Shown: positions 13,330 to 28,133, counted from the stretch's first letter. The stretch: 64,000 nucleotides of DNA from Octopus sinensis (GCF_006345805.1 NC_043002.1:48546001-48610000); one strand, 5' to 3'. A program made the numbers and translations. Notes: a model not told the origin generated them from the letters alone.

Positions 13330-14930
13330 TGTTCAAGTACTCAATACATATTGTAGGGCGAAATCTATTAAATCATATTGTACGTCGTCAGTGATAATGC
13401 ATGTAAACTCAAAGTTATTTCCTACTTAGGCAATAATTTACGATGTTTAGTTAAATGCGAAGCGATCATCACAGTCATACTCAAACTTTTTGTTTCCAGT
13501 CCATGAAAATGGGCTGTCATAGAAAGTTGTTATTGTGTAAATGAGGAAGGTATCAATGAATGCAGTTTTCTATCGTACAAGGAAGATATTTTGAAAATTA
13601 ATGAGATGAAAATAGTAATAAAATCTTTCAAATACCAGAAGTAATTAGATAGTTTTGTTTCGGTCTTTCTTTCGAAGTTTCTTTAGAAAGGGCTGTGGTT
13701 GTAGTATCGTTCATAAAAATTACTTTAGGTTTGGGTTGGTTTGGTTAGGTGGAGGTAATCTATACCTCGTAGATAATCGCTTCAGCGTTACATCACCAAC
13801 TGAAAATCCATGCATTTCTATTTCTATAGATGCAGTTGGTCTCGTTTTCTTTAATTGGTTAGCTTGTAATTAAGATTTCCGCATTGATGGTACAGCTATA
13901 ACTCAGTTTAAGTTTATTTTCATTAGGCACTTTTCTCTATTGGGGGATAATGGGGAAATGATTGTTAAAGCTCAGACGTTTTTTTTTTTTTTTTAGCTAT
14001 GTTAGATTTAACGGTTAAGAAGGGAGATGTAGACTAGATAACTTGGCAGTGTCTCATCTTAGTATATGATAGTGAAGGGGTTAGGGATATATGTGATCTT
14101 ATTTTTTAATCCACTTGCTTTCAGAGCTTTATTAAATTATTGAAGATATTTCTATAAATGCCAGGCTAAAAATATTTCTACTGATTTTATTAGGATTCTG
14201 AAAACTATGAGCAAATGACAGGAATCTATATAAATATATGTGAGTTTTTCAATGTGTTTTCTATGTGGTTTATATTCGCTTGCATTTAGGTAGAGAGTAC
14301 CCCAAGAAACTTGGGGGACTTATTGGTATTATTTGCTTTTATGTCAAAATTACTGAAGCTATCGATAAGATTTTTTTCTCAGTGAAAGTGACGTAAGACC
14401 ATTGGGATAATTTGATGTATTAATTCGATCATTTCTTAATACCCTATATTTAAGGTGGTGAATTTCTTTTTGAGACAAAAAAAGCAATATTACATTATCT
14501 CCCATTCTTGAAATGCACTCTACTGACGTTTATGGTCCCTCCTTTTTCACTTAGGCAGAATTTCTGTCAAGAACCGTGTATAGTTATATCATCAGCTATA
14601 TTGTTATGTATCTTAGCAAATTTTAGAGCGGTAATAAGTAGTTGTTTCGTGAGACAATGATAAAATTCAACAATATAGAATTTGGTAAAGTTGTGCTCTT
14701 TTTTTTATTATCGATGTGCTTAAAGCAGGTATTCCATTGTTGGAGATTGCTTGGCTTCTAAATATTGCTGTTAACTTTAGATTGTCGTGCTAATTAATTT
14801 CTTTAGAGCTTTTGCAGAATTCATTAATCTGCATGTATACTTGGTGACAAAACTATGTATGACTGTGACGTGTTTTGCGTTTAGCTAAACTTCCTAGATT
14901 ATTGTGAAATTTAAGTTATTTTTACTTTGA
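13330..14930 (-). mobile_element. Penelope-like element (RT plus C-terminal GIY-YIG), decayed
   Basis: relics FKHIDNKK..FYIVEFY, NKALKASG, KLKLSYSCT, AIIYEV; same type as 40800-41720 and 55900-57360. Confidence 0.7.
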
Positions 14931-15479
14931 TATTTATACTATTGCATACGTTGTCATTTTATGGTTTGGGGGTATATTCTTTAATAGGATTTGATCTATA
15001 GGTACTAATATATATGTGTGAGTGTGAGTACGTACGTATGTATGTGTGTGTATGTACGTATGTATGTATGTGTGTCTGTGTGTGTTTGTCTATGTGTGTA
15101 TGTGTGCGTGTGTGTATTTGGATTTGTATTATATGGATGTGAATGTTTCGTTCTTAGTTGTCAAATATTGTTGTTCCTCGTGTTGCTATTACAGTTGTTC
15201 ATGTTGCTATGGCCATAGAAGTCGCCCCTCACACTACCGACACCAACGACGTTGAAGAAAAAGAGAGGGTAAGGTTGAGTTGACGACACGGATGATAGTA
15301 ATGATGAATTCTATGAGTGATGGTGAAATGCAGTCGGAGCTATGCTAGCAAGAAACATTAATGCTTGAAAACAAAGTTGAAGTCGAATACACAGTAGGAT
15401 CTAGAAAAGTAAGCATTCAGTTGTGAAATTTTATACCAAGAAACAGGTACATTGCAATGTTTCATGCACATTTATAGTA

Positions 15480-15850
15480 TACTTTTTCACTTGTTTCAGT
15501 CATTTGACTGCGGTCATGCTGGAACATAACGTTTAGTCGAATAAAATCGACCCCAAGACTTATTCTTTGTAAGCCTAGTACTTATTCTATCAATCTCTAC
15601 GGGGACGTAGACACACCAGCATCGGTTGTCAAGCGATGTTGTGGGGACAAACATAGATACAAACAAGAAACACATACATACATATATATAGATATAGATA
15701 TATATACGATGGGCTTTTTTCAGTTTCCGTCTACCAAATCCACACTTTAGTCGGCCCGGGGCTATAGCAGAAGACACTTGCCCAAGGTGCCACGCAGTAG
15801 GACTGAACCCGGAACCATGTGGTTGGGAAGCAAGCTTCTTACCACACAGC
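15480..15850 (-). mobile_element. tRNA-derived CORE-type SINE with internal microsatellite
   Basis: head gctgtgtggtaag (A box), ggttcagtcc (B box), ccttgggcaag CORE-like motif, aaacaagtgaaaaag tail. Confidence 0.85.
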
Positions 15851-16389
15851 TACTGTGTATTTTACTTCAAAATTTCATATACTTAAGCATACTTATTGAT
15901 ATGATTATATCTACGTAGAAAGTAGTATATAGAAGAATACTTTTCATTGAATAAATAAGGATTTGAGAATCTTTTAGACGTCAGACTAATAATTGTTAAT
16001 AATTTTATTCGTGAAATTCATTTATAATGTGAATTGACGAGTGATAACCTTTATTTTTTTAATTGCTTTTTTGTTCATTTTCTATTAGAAACACAGCTAA
16101 GTTGTTTTTATATCTCCCAAATCCATATCTAAAACAGCTGAGTAAATAAACATTAAGATTCTCAAACGGCAATACGTGAGAGTGCAAAGTATGGCAATCA
16201 GGCCATCATTGAAGATCTAAGCAAACAATAAAACCCATCCCAAAATATTTCATTCGTTGCTGTCTAAACTGAATCTATTGTAAAAGTATAGCCACTTGTC
16301 CCAAATACTTTCGAACAAATACATACAATACACACATGGACACACGAAACACGCACGCACCCACATACTCCCACACACACGTGTATGTA

Positions 16390-16425
<36 letters not shown>

Positions 16426-16495
16426 CATGCATGTATCTACAGCTATATACATAAAGTCATATAAATATATCAGTGTGTATCTCTATAGATACACT

Positions 16496-16586
<91 letters not shown>

Positions 16587-16848
16587 GCCGCCGTATAAAA
16601 AAACCATTCGCACAGAAAGCATATGTACACATAGATGTACATACATACATATATACATACGCATATGTATGCATGTAATAGTCACTATTGATATGTCATT
16701 TCTAGTATATTTAGATATTCAAATCAACTTAATATATATTTGATTAGCTGAGTCTTTCAAGATATCGAGCGCTGTAGTGATATTAACTTTCAAATATCAA
16801 GAAGATATAGCATTGTGCATAATGCAAGTATTACAAAATTAAATTAAT

Positions 16849-16881
<33 letters not shown>

Positions 16882-17044
16882 ACACACACACACACACAGG
16901 TGCTAGTATAGTGTGTGGTCCACCACGTTGTCAAACAGTATAGCCAGAGTTGTCTACCTTAAAAACTACTCGTTATCACTTCGCCTTTCCACTTGCGGTT
17001 TACCTTATATTGAAATGTTGCTGAAAGATTTTTATACATGTATC

Positions 17045-17320
17045 ATCTTGACAGAGAAAGCAGCAGTCATATTTTTAAAAGATTACAATCTTCTGGATAC
17101 ACAAGAAGAAGCAGATCCCTGCCACTGATGCGGTGCTGTCATACAGGAAAACCGATAGCGTGACAGAGGTGAACAATTCAGCCATGTACTTCGTTGTCCT
17201 CGAAAGGAGTGTTTAAACTTTACGTTCAGTTCGTAAAGGAAACCATTTTTTCCATTATACGGACATTAACAACCAATTAAACTGCAGCTGAGCCTGAGTG
17301 AGATTTTAGAACTAATATTT
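17045..17320 (+). pseudogene. Merlin/ISXO2-like transposase N-terminal remnant
   Basis: EKAAVIFLKDYNLL..PCH*CGAV..VLRCPRKEC..SVRKGNHFFHY..LSLSEILELIF zinc-ribbon pattern. Confidence 0.5.
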
Positions 17321-17499
17321 TGGGGATATACCCGGTGTTGGTGCATTTACATCCCTGTACACTTACAGTTCTGCAATAGAAACTGACAAAATATGTACCA
17401 GACTTTAAAAAGTTAAAATAAGGTCAATTCATTCGACTCAAATTCGTCAAGGTGGTGTCCCCAGCATAGTTTGAAACAAGTATAAGAATAGGTACATAT

Positions 17500-17600
<101 letters not shown>

Positions 17601-18328
17601 TACACACATATTCACATACACACACAGATACACAGCCACATAATACATACATACATACATATGCAGAGTTGTCTGCAAACAAATTGCTCCAAATATTTTA
17701 TTATTAATAATGTACCATCTTAGATTATTATCCTGTTGAAGTCCTACTATCAGACCATATTAACCATTTTGCAAAATGTACCAAGTGCGAAGATGCCATC
17801 AAGTATGTTTCAGTATCGTAGTTATCATGGGCTGCGTGGCAAATCTTAATAAAAAGATGTGTTGAATATTTGTATTTAGTTCTACATGCTCGGACTTAAA
17901 CTTAGCTAAATCATTAATGTATTTCTGTCGGTATTGTTCCAAGTCATGTCTGACTTAACAGCACCAACTGGTAAAGTTTCAACATATTAGTGTCTGCCAT
18001 CGTTATATAGGAGTAACCTTTTAATGGCGTTGATTTACAAGTAAGGAAGCTTGAACTGCGCGTGTGCTGTAGCCTGTATGGGAGCAAGAATAATGCACCC
18101 TGCCGCTGTGTGTGAGTGAGGGAATAATAAGCTAGGCCTAAGGCACGATATCTGGATTCTAAGCGGCCAGAGGCTTGCAGTTCATTAAAGAAGTGTACCT
18201 TTTGCGGCAGCAATGGGATAGCATGCGATGTTTTAAGCGATATTATTTTAGGTAATATCACTTCGGACATCGCACGCTACATTAGGCACAAACACCTACT
18301 CCCACATGCTCAACTCCACATCCTAACC

Positions 18329-18623
18329 CAGTGGTGCCTCAACTTTTTCAGGATGTCGTCCCCTTGGTTCTAAGTCCACATTCCTAGTGTCTTCCCTCAC
18401 TCACCGTCACAAACATAGACCATATTTTGCAGCAAATTCAAAACAAAAGTATTTTGAAAATAAAACTTAACCTACTTAACACTTTATTTTGTTTGTATTT
18501 TTACATCCATTGCCCGTTTTGGTCACGCCATTATCGCTCCATTTTTCTTCAAAGTCCTCCTGGTTCTTTCCACCGCCCCCCCCCCCCCAGGAGGGGCAGT
18601 ACCGCCCACTTTGGAAACCACTG
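18329..18623. mobile_element. hAT (Charlie-like) MITE
   Basis: CAGTGGT...ACCACTG termini and a perfect 8-bp TSD tcctaacc at 18321-18328 and 18624-18631. Confidence 0.9.
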
Positions 18624-18639
18624 TCCTAACCTGTAACCA

Positions 18640-19520
18640 CCGATATCCCACTGACTTCCCACTGGGAGAATCCTGTTTCCGAAATGCCGCAATTTATAGA
18701 TCCACCATTTCAGCATTTCAAAACACTGCACAGATATGACAATCAATAACTTTCAGTGAAGATACACACAAATACATACCTTCAGATATAGGAATAAGAA
18801 AAATTTCACCTCCCTCTTCCGCTCCATCCTGAGAATCCAGAATTACTGAAATGACTTAAATCTGCATCAAATGGAGTATTATTCGCAGTGTCTTTCTTTA
18901 GTTTCTTGTATCCTATAATTTATTAATTAACTCTCCCTCCACGAGAAACTGCGTATATTCCACCAACCCGAAGCATCCATCAATAAGAAAAATGAGTTAT
19001 CCAATTGTTACCAACAGAGGAACGCTCTGTTAATAACCTTCAAGCCTCAGGCTGCCGGCAACCTGAATACTTTACACTAAGCCTAGTTAACCCCACCACA
19101 CACACAAGCCAGATTACTTAATCTCTGATGCCCCTATAGACTACAGTCTACTCACGTTGGTAGCCTGTTCTCAATTGTAACTCAACGTCATTAAACAGTT
19201 ATTCTTATGTAACGGGTGCTATCGCTAAATCGTTATAACTCCACAAAATGATGACTAATCTTGTCTATCCCACTACATACGACACCCAATACAAGGAACT
19301 GATGATGTCACCAGACATATAAAATAGCAGCCTATCATAAAAGTGACGCCAGCTTCTTGCCAACATCCTGCCTGCAGTATATGGACCTAAAAACAAAGAA
19401 AATAACTGATGTCTCTTTGATAGTATTTTATATCCAAGGAACGCCAGTTGACCAATTTGAACTGCCTTCAAATTCTCCACTCTGACTCCAAAAATCTGAC
19501 AAAATAGACACATCCAACAC
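18640..19520 (-). mobile_element. possible L1/Tx1-like LINE ORF2 3' remnant
   Basis: weak similarity of broken frames only. Confidence 0.3.
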
Positions 19521-19683
19521 GCACAGGATACTTATGTGGAATCAAACTGATATATGTATATATGTGTGCGCGCTCGTGTATGTGCGTGTGTATACACACA
19601 TACATACATACATACATATATACATGCATACATGCATACATACATACATACTACATACATACATACATACATACATACATACA

Positions 19684-19714
<31 letters not shown>

Positions 19715-19949
19715 TATTCATAAACAAGAATGTTATTGACAGGGATTTCGAAATCTCAGCCAGGTTGAACTGGCTGAATTTTCGAAGTTGCTGTCAAGAA
19801 TATTCTTATTTAAGAATATTAATTTTGTACTCTAAAGATGTATGGAGTAACGTATCAAATTAGTGTAAAATTGTTTTTATTATAATTGAACATAAAAATA
19901 AACATCAGAATTTTTAATCTACTGCATTACATTAACCAGTCATATGCCT

Positions 19950-20330
19950 TTAATGTCTTGTCAGTTAAACAATGAAAGGTTTGAGGAAAACTATTTTAAG
20001 CTGTGTCTAGGGCAACAGTTTGCCTTAACACGGCCCCACATTAAATGATTTATGAAAAAATACGAAATATAATTTGAACCGATTAAAAGAATATTACAAA
20101 CGTTTGGATGATTTTCAAGCAATTTTTAGCTAAATAGCAATTGTTTCGAAGATAATGGAGCAGAAGAGACCAAGTCTGCAGATCTATTTTGAAGCAACCA
20201 ATGCAAGCATGGAATTCATTACTTGATATATTTGTACGGTTTTAATAAATTGATAGCTGGCAGGTTTACAACTTCCTGAAGTTCTTGAAATGCCTATTTG
20301 AGTCTATCTATACGACCAAAACTTTCAGAA
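19950..20330 (+). pseudogene. possible hAT (BED-type) transposase remnant
   Basis: AWNSLLDIFVRF resembles the TRWNS.L.ML.RF motif. Confidence 0.3.
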
Positions 20331-20424
20331 AATTGGTTTGAAGCCTGGTATGTAAATTGAAAATGAGTAACCCACTCAAGCGTAAGAGACTATTCTCTTT
20401 CCCTCTCTACCGCTCAGTTTCTCT

Positions 20425-20531
<107 letters not shown>

Positions 20532-20634
20532 TTATTTATATATATATATATACACACACATATATATATACACATATATACACACACATATATATATACA
20601 TATATATATGTATATATATCTCTCTCTCTCTCTC

Positions 20635-20665
<31 letters not shown>

Positions 20666-20698
20666 ATATATATATTATATATATATATATATGCACAT

Positions 20699-20730
<32 letters not shown>

Positions 20731-20929
20731 AATATTTCGGTTGATCCAGTTGTCCGTTACACTGGTGTTGTCCCAATGTCTAGCTGGTTCCTCAGACAAG
20801 ATATAATGAGAATATGTGTGTGCATGTATGAGTGTATAGGTATGTGTGTATGATTAGATTATTCTACATATGTATTAGTATATAAATGTGCATACGTACA
20901 TGTGCGTGCGCTCGCATGTGCATGTGTGT

Positions 20930-21290
20930 TGCAGACGTTTATCCGCTAGTAACAGGAAAATTGCTGTTGAAGTCTATGATGTGTTCCGATTATTACTGAA
21001 GATCGTCTCCCGATATTCACTCATTTCTGCATGGCATGCTCTCCTCATTCAGGGTTTGACATGGAACGATCTTGATACCAAGCCAGAAAATGAGGCGCTC
21101 TCGACAACATAACTTTTTCTTCTAGTGTACAATGATCTGAGATCAGTGAGAGATTATGTGCACTGTATCATCCACTGATAGATATAAGCACTTCAGGGTC
21201 CTTGAGGCAGATTTAAGAAAAGTCCCTAAAACAAATTCATTCTCTGTGCAGTTTTCGACAATTTTATTATGGCTTTCTATTCAGTACCAC
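20930..21290 (-). pseudogene. Gypsy integrase zinc-binding fragment
   Basis: SQIIVH*KKKLCCRERLIFWLGI resembles LH.GH.G..K...RAR..VFWPG. Confidence 0.4.
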
Positions 21291-21499
21291 CTGATCCCAT
21301 GTAGAATATATTTTTAATATTTCGAATATCTCTCGCTTCTCACAAGTTTTCAACGTTCTCTGTGAAGATGTAACAGAGCAGAAACTCCACAAGAGAAAAC
21401 TTTTCTTCCTCTTTCCTTACTGGAATGGATGTTAAACAAACCAAATTTCTTGTTCCTACATTGTTTATATCTTTCAGTTATATTGTAATCAATAACATA

Positions 21500-21990
21500 T
21501 ATTTCAGCTGGAATTCCCATCAGGTAGCATTTTAATGAGAGTGTTTTCATCGTTCGGAAGCTCAAAGCATCCATGCTTCTCCTGAACGTCAATATTCTGG
21601 TGATAACGTCGTCAGAGAGTACAGTCCTGAAGTCCTTAAGGTTACTTTTCACAGAAGTGCAAATGCTTGGTTTAAAACTTATTATTTGAATACACTGAAG
21701 CCAAAGGCTCAATTTCAAATTCATAACGTCTCTATTTTACAAGTGACTTATTTCTATGTAAAGGGGCATCTATAAAAAGGATACTCCTATATTCGGGAAA
21801 TCTCAGATCATATTCGCCTTGTGCAAGCAGCCTTCAGTTGAAAAGGATATAAAACATGCACTAAGTTCATGGTTTAGAAAGTGGCTATTCTAACAACCCT
21901 CTTCTACGCATGTGAAGCCCGGACGCTTTAACGAAAAACAAAAATTTTTGAACGCTTTCATCAAGCGTCATGCGCATACGCCCGCAACAC
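21500..21990 (+). mobile_element. RTE-BovB-like LINE fragment, degraded
   Basis: VRKLKASM, REISDHIRLVQAAF, VAILTTLFYACEARTL, ERFHQ; related to 50553-51250. Confidence 0.6.
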
Positions 21991-22349
21991 CAAGTTACGT
22001 ATAATGAAATTCATGATCAGATCAGGCTCAAAATAAACTGATATCAGGAAAGAGAGAAAGCAGGAGTAAGGGTGGGAAGCTAGCCTGTCAGCAGTTTGTG
22101 ATTTTAGGTTCTTTCGACATAATTCATATAACGCAGTTATAGTCTGATACTATTTGGTGTTCCTTTCAAGTTGCTGACACGGCACACAGCAGTAGAAGTA
22201 TTATGAAGAAATTCACATATATTTTCGTGTATCCATAAGCTACGGTTGACAATCTCTTCTGTATGAAAATTTTATAATTTTAGATTTTTAACTTGTTTTA
22301 AGGAAATATATAAGGAATGCCTTTTTAAACCAAGGACACTTTTCAAATC

Positions 22350-23250
22350 TGGTATTCTTACCTGGTTTGAAAATTATACATAAGTATAAGAGCTTAAGTA
22401 AAAGGCTAAAACTTGTCTGTTGTTTCTCATACTCGGTAATACTTCATACCTGATATTTTTGCTGTGTGTGAGGTGCCATTTTAATGGGAATTTTAGCAGA
22501 AATTTCTCTCTTTTACTTATCCCTAACTATAGATTATAATTGGAAAATACAATGTCTTGAAGATCTTCAAAAAGCTTTCATTACATGAGGAACGTCATCC
22601 ACAAGTAGATTGTTGGATATTTTATTTTGGTATGTGCTAGCTTTTGATAGTTATAAGTATTCTTTCAGTCTTAAAGCAAGTTATTTTATACGAATTGAAC
22701 ACATGAAATATTTGCCCTTGGTAAATTTTCTAAGTAGAAATCCTCTTATAAAAAAAACATTGAAAATACAATAAAGAAAAGGAAGTAGAGTTCAAGTATT
22801 CGGTTTGGCAATAATATTTTATTATAAATGATTGCCAGCAGACATATTCTCAATATACGACACTTTTTCGGAAAGACAGCAAGTGATAGGATAGTTTAAT
22901 ATATTTCTTAGAGATATTTGGAATGAAATCAACTTGGCAATCTTTACTGCTTGATTTTCCATAGCTGCAGGATTAGGTGAAGGTACGCTTTATGGAGATG
23001 AAGGCTTCCTTATCCAATTTAGATGAATAGCTGAAGTTATGATAATATTAGTAGCTTTCAATATTGAAAATAACTTCTTTGATTCTAATCACTCGTCAGT
23101 TTCCTAACAGGATTTCTTCTCTGTAGCATGTATTTCGTTGTTATTTCTTTATCTAAGTACCTAATTTAAGGAATCTAATATGGCGAAAATGTTTTCCTTT
23201 TTCTGACCTCTCTTGCATGCTAGTTTAGCTTTGAATATTTGTTTAATAAC
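22350..23250 (-). mobile_element. possible very old Penelope-like RT remnant
   Basis: scattered relic motifs only. Confidence 0.25.
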
Positions 23251-23361
23251 ATACCGATTCCTATTAGCTACTGAATTATTTTGATCAAAAGGTTTTGCAA
23301 GAGTTGGTACATTTCATTGTATTTCTGACCTTACTAGAGTTGCTTGGCAACGATACAAGCC

Positions 23362-23442
<81 letters not shown>

Positions 23443-23595
23443 ATATATATATATTCATTTATGAAGACAATCATATGCAGAGATGTATGCGTATGTTTAT
23501 ATGCCCATTTCCCTTCTTAGCTCTTTCTTCCATCTTGCTCTGTCTTCCCTTCTCTCTCTCTCTATCTCTCTTCTTTCTCTCTCTCTCTCTTCATA

Positions 23596-23640
<45 letters not shown>

Positions 23641-24409
23641 ATCGTTCGTTGGTTTCGATACAAAAACGGAAAACGCTATAGCCTAAATATATGTATGCAT
23701 ATATTTACGCCTATCAGTATGTACACACATATGTGTGAAAGAGTGTGTTTGCGTGTGCAAATATGAAAACATGTATTAAGACTAAGCAGGAGTAAGGGCT
23801 TAATTAAAGATGCAACTGTGTCAGACATATTTGTAAATATTGCAAGGTAATTGTAATTATAACACTATAAATAAATTAAATGAAATTATAGCATTTGCCT
23901 ATTTTTATTTAGTTAGCCTTTTACTAGTTATTGGATTGTGACTATGCTTGATCACCGTCTTCACTGGCTTAGGTGAACATATCAACCCTAGTAATTATTC
24001 TTTAAGTTTGGTAAATATTTTGTTAATGTGTATTTGTCCAACCGCTCTGTTTAGTTACATCAACCATACAGGGGTTAAGCAAAGGTAAACATACACTCAC
24101 ACATAGTTATATCTATATGTATGCATGTGTGTATGTATGTATATATACATATATATATTTCATCTTGTATCTGGTTTGCTAGATTCTTCATGGGAATTCG
24201 TGTGTTGAAACAAATTTTCTTGTGTCTGGAGAGAGTCATACTCCTTAATATCCTACACACTCACCGGTTCAATTTCCACTCATTTATTATTTACATTTTT
24301 TCTTTTTCAAAATTTTCGTTGCTCTTTTGCAATATTGTCAATGGATGTGAGTCTATCCGTTATCGGAGTATTAGATATAAAGTAGTATGACTCCCCACAC
24401 ACAAAAATA

Positions 24410-24455
<46 letters not shown>

Positions 24456-24467
24456 ATATATATGCAT

Positions 24468-24500
<33 letters not shown>

Positions 24501-24704
24501 CATATATATATATGCATTCATGCATATGTGTGTATGTCTTTGTGCATGTATGTATATGCACACGACGGGATTTCATACAGCTTCTGTCTACCAAATTTCA
24601 GTCTAGGCATTAATCCACTTGAGTCTATAGGGAAAGACACTTGCAGTGAGACCGAACCAAAAGCCAAAAGGTTTCAAAGTGAACATTTTAACTTGAACCT
24701 ATAT

Positions 24705-24957
24705 AATAAGTAATAAATGCGCCCTTTTAAAGCCTAGCCAGGCTCATGGGCCCGGTTTCTAAGATGTATGTGTTCCCTAGGTGGATGGGACGCCAGTCCA
24801 TCGCAGCGTTACTCATTTTTGCCAGCTGAGTAGATTGGAGCAACGTGAAATGAAGTGTTTTGCTCAAGAACACAACGCGTCGCCCGGTCCATGAATCGAA
24901 ACCACAGTCTTACGATCATGATGCTGACACCCTAACCACTAAGCCACGCGCCTCCGC
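24705..24957 (-). mobile_element. full-length tRNA-derived SINE with V/Meta-type central domain
   Basis: ggaggcgcgtggcttagtggttaggg head, gtttcgattc B box, gcgatggactggcgtccc domain; 15-bp TSD aacttgaacctatat at 24690-24704 and 24958-24972. Confidence 0.9.
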
Positions 24958-25498
24958 AACTTGAACCTATATTACTGATAATTTTGTTTATCTATTAATT
25001 TTTGAGAACCCACAGCTTCATTAATCAGCTACTAGACGTCGTTTACTGGGACTACAGATTCAAGTCTATCCTAATGAACTTTTCACTTTTAAGGAAATAG
25101 GAATGCAATATATTGTTTTAAGATTTGTTAAAGCTTTCCAACGGAGTCATGCACTTTCAGAATAATATTATAGGTAAATTATTTGCTTGATCTAGTTCCA
25201 TAGTTAGTGGGTATTTTTACAGTAGATATCAACTCTGAAGACAGAAGAGGTGGCAAGTGTATAACAGGCTTTATAACATTCAGAGATGTTTTATCCAAAG
25301 ACTACACATTCAATACTGCCTATGTAGGTTTCACACCATCTAAAAATTCGAATATTCCCCACAAAATACAACTTTAAATGAAAATATGCATTTACAGTTC
25401 TCTTTAAACTTCCAATAATCTTACAATTTTCAAAATAACAGTAAGATTACCACAGGCACTACAAGCATGCATACATCTCTCTCTCTCTCACTCTTTAT

Positions 25499-25563
<65 letters not shown>

Positions 25564-26029
25564 GTAGGGTATAAAGGTAAGGGATTTCCAGAGAAGCACA
25601 CAGTCTGAGTACTGGGCTATCAAAACTGCCGGATTCTAGACCAATACCGAAATTCTCCTAGTGTAGAAAATTCGGGTTTCACAACAGTAACACCATTGTG
25701 TGGGTTTTGCAAATAGTAGATTATAATCTAAATAATGATAAGACAAATCCTTTAACACATCTTTAAGGATTCGTTACAGTTGTTTCTGTACCAACTCTGC
25801 TTGCAACACCAGTTTGCGGAAAAATTCGAAGTGAAAATTAACGTAATGTGTGCAGTATTAGACATTAGGGTGGTGCTTCATCATACTTACATCAAAGGTA
25901 CACCTTTACGTTGTGTATCTTCCAGATATTTTTTGTTGTTCTTCGGGGGTGGTTATATCGGGAGAAAAGAAAAAGTAAATAAAAGTGTGGTTAGGAGTTG
26001 AATAATTAGTACAGAGATTATGTGGGGAG

Positions 26030-26151
26030 GATAGAGAAGAAGAAGAAGAAGAAGGAGGAGGAGGAGGAGGAGGAGGAGGAGGGCGACGACGACGACGAAG
26101 AATAAGAAGAAGAAAAAGGAGGAGGAGAAGGAGGACGACGACGACGAAGAA

Positions 26152-26182
<31 letters not shown>

Positions 26183-26267
26183 AAGAAGAAGAAGAAGAAG
26201 AAGAAGAAGAAGAAGAAGAAGAAGAAGAAGAAGAAGAAGAAGAAGAAGAAGAAGAAGAAGAAGAAGG
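26030..26267. repeat. compound (AGA)n/(GGA)n/(CGA)n microsatellite
   Basis: direct reading. Confidence 0.95.
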
Positions 26268-26605
26268 GGCAATACATACCAAATCAGTTTATCTTGACTA
26301 AAGATTCTCAGAGTGGTCGATCAGTACAGCATTGTCACTGGTACTAAATTTCGTTTGATGGGTGAAATTTTATTTCAGTTTACCATATTCACCAGCGACA
26401 ACATTAAGTAGACGAAAGAGAAAGACGATGAAATCGATAACCATGACAATTGCCAAGAGATAAAATTAATAATGATGATACTAGTGATATGTGTGGTGGA
26501 GGAATAATGTGGTTTGTAGTAGAGTGCTATAAACCACCTGCTAGCTAGCAGACTTATTCTATGACCTTAGAATGTGTATGCAAGGGAAATCGGGAAATTA
26601 TTTGG

Positions 26606-26682
<77 letters not shown>

Positions 26683-26849
26683 CATCATCGTTATTTAGCG
26701 TCCACTCTCCATACTGGCATGGGTTAGACGGTTTAACTGGAGTTGATGAGCCAGAGAGATGCTCCGGGTTCCAGTCTGATTTAGCATGGTTTCCAGCATT
26801 ATAGGTTACTGCAAATGGAATGTGTATATTTTTTGTCTTCATGTTATTG

Positions 26850-27870
26850 CGGAGGTCTTTCCATAAGTCATGGATTGAGATTTCGTTTGCCTTGGTTATG
26901 GCCTGATTAACTAAGCTTTCAGAATATTTTTTGTTTCTAAGGGACTAATTGTAGCTCTGCCAGTCATACCTCTCCTCTCGTGTACCAGATTCCGTAACCA
27001 CTAACCATATACATTTTCCCAGATTAAATAAACGTTTCTTTTAATATGGGAGTGGGGAAGTATCGGTGTACATCCACGTCCTTGAAGGAGAGATCGGTTG
27101 TAATAATCTCGTTTTCCTTAATTACCATAATGCCCAAAAAATAAATTTCCTTTTATCCATTTCCATTATGAATTGTATTGATTCATGAATGCTATTATTA
27201 ATTTCAGAAAGCTTATAATATATTTCTTGCTTCTGTTTCAAAATATGAAGTAGTCATCGAAGAATCTTTTCCAGTTATCCTTTAAACAGGGTTGGAAATA
27301 TTGATGAAAAGTAATCCCGGATCCGACGTGGAATTTTCTTCAAGAAAGTTCATCACTAGTATTGCAAACGTGAGTGCAATTGTTCTACCTGTTACCATCC
27401 TTCTTTATTGAAGGAAACATTGGTTATCAAATAAGTAGTTTTCTCGCACAAATTGTAATCCTTCTATAAATTCTTTTGAGAACCTCTCCTGAATTATGAG
27501 TGACTGCCAATGGAAATTTCTAATGGTTCTAATCCGAATCCATAGGGGATATTTGTGTAGAGGCTGGTCACTTCGAAACTAAGATCATTTCTATAATTAC
27601 TTTTTCCTGAATGTGGTTTAGGAATCTATGTCATCTCTGATGAAACTAGGAACCAACTTGCTTAATTGTTTCAAAATTAATTGAAGCGGCTCTTCAGTAA
27701 ATACCAAACTTAATGCAAAACATCTCAATCCATATATATCTGAGACGGTAATAGAAAATATTGGAGACAGAAAATAATGTCTGAACAGGTGTATGTTTGT
27801 TTTATTGAAATTCATTGAATGTATAGCATCCTTAAATGACCATTTTTTAATATCACTTCTTAGTCGTTCA
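26850..27870 (-). mobile_element. Penelope-like element RT remnant (Neptune/Poseidon-like)
   Basis: SFIRDDID, FEVTSLYTNI, KDNWKRFFDDYFIF, SIHESIQFIMEMDK, ITTDL. Confidence 0.75.
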
Positions 27871-27938
27871 CCTATCAATTCTTTCGGAAGAAATTCTTAT
27901 GAAAACACAGACCTAAGGAAATTTGAAAATTATATGTA

Positions 27939-28066
27939 CAGTAGAACCTCGGTTTTCGAAGAAATCTGATCACGAATAAATCGTACTTTATCTTCAATCT
28001 TTCTCATATTCATTTGATACAGTAGTACCACGGTTTATGAACGCCTCTGATCAGGAATAAACCGTG

Positions 28067-28133
<67 letters not shown>

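Noticed and set aside
17940-18300. GC-richer island with a 108-aa minus-strand ORF
   Set aside because: No recognisable domain or splice context; it cannot be assigned from sequence alone.
27680-27735. CUGAAGA...GAAAC on the - strand
   Set aside because: It lies inside PLE coding sequence (FTEEPLQLILKQL) with no stems I-III; likewise CUGAUGA at 8686, 19297, 27637 and 53660.
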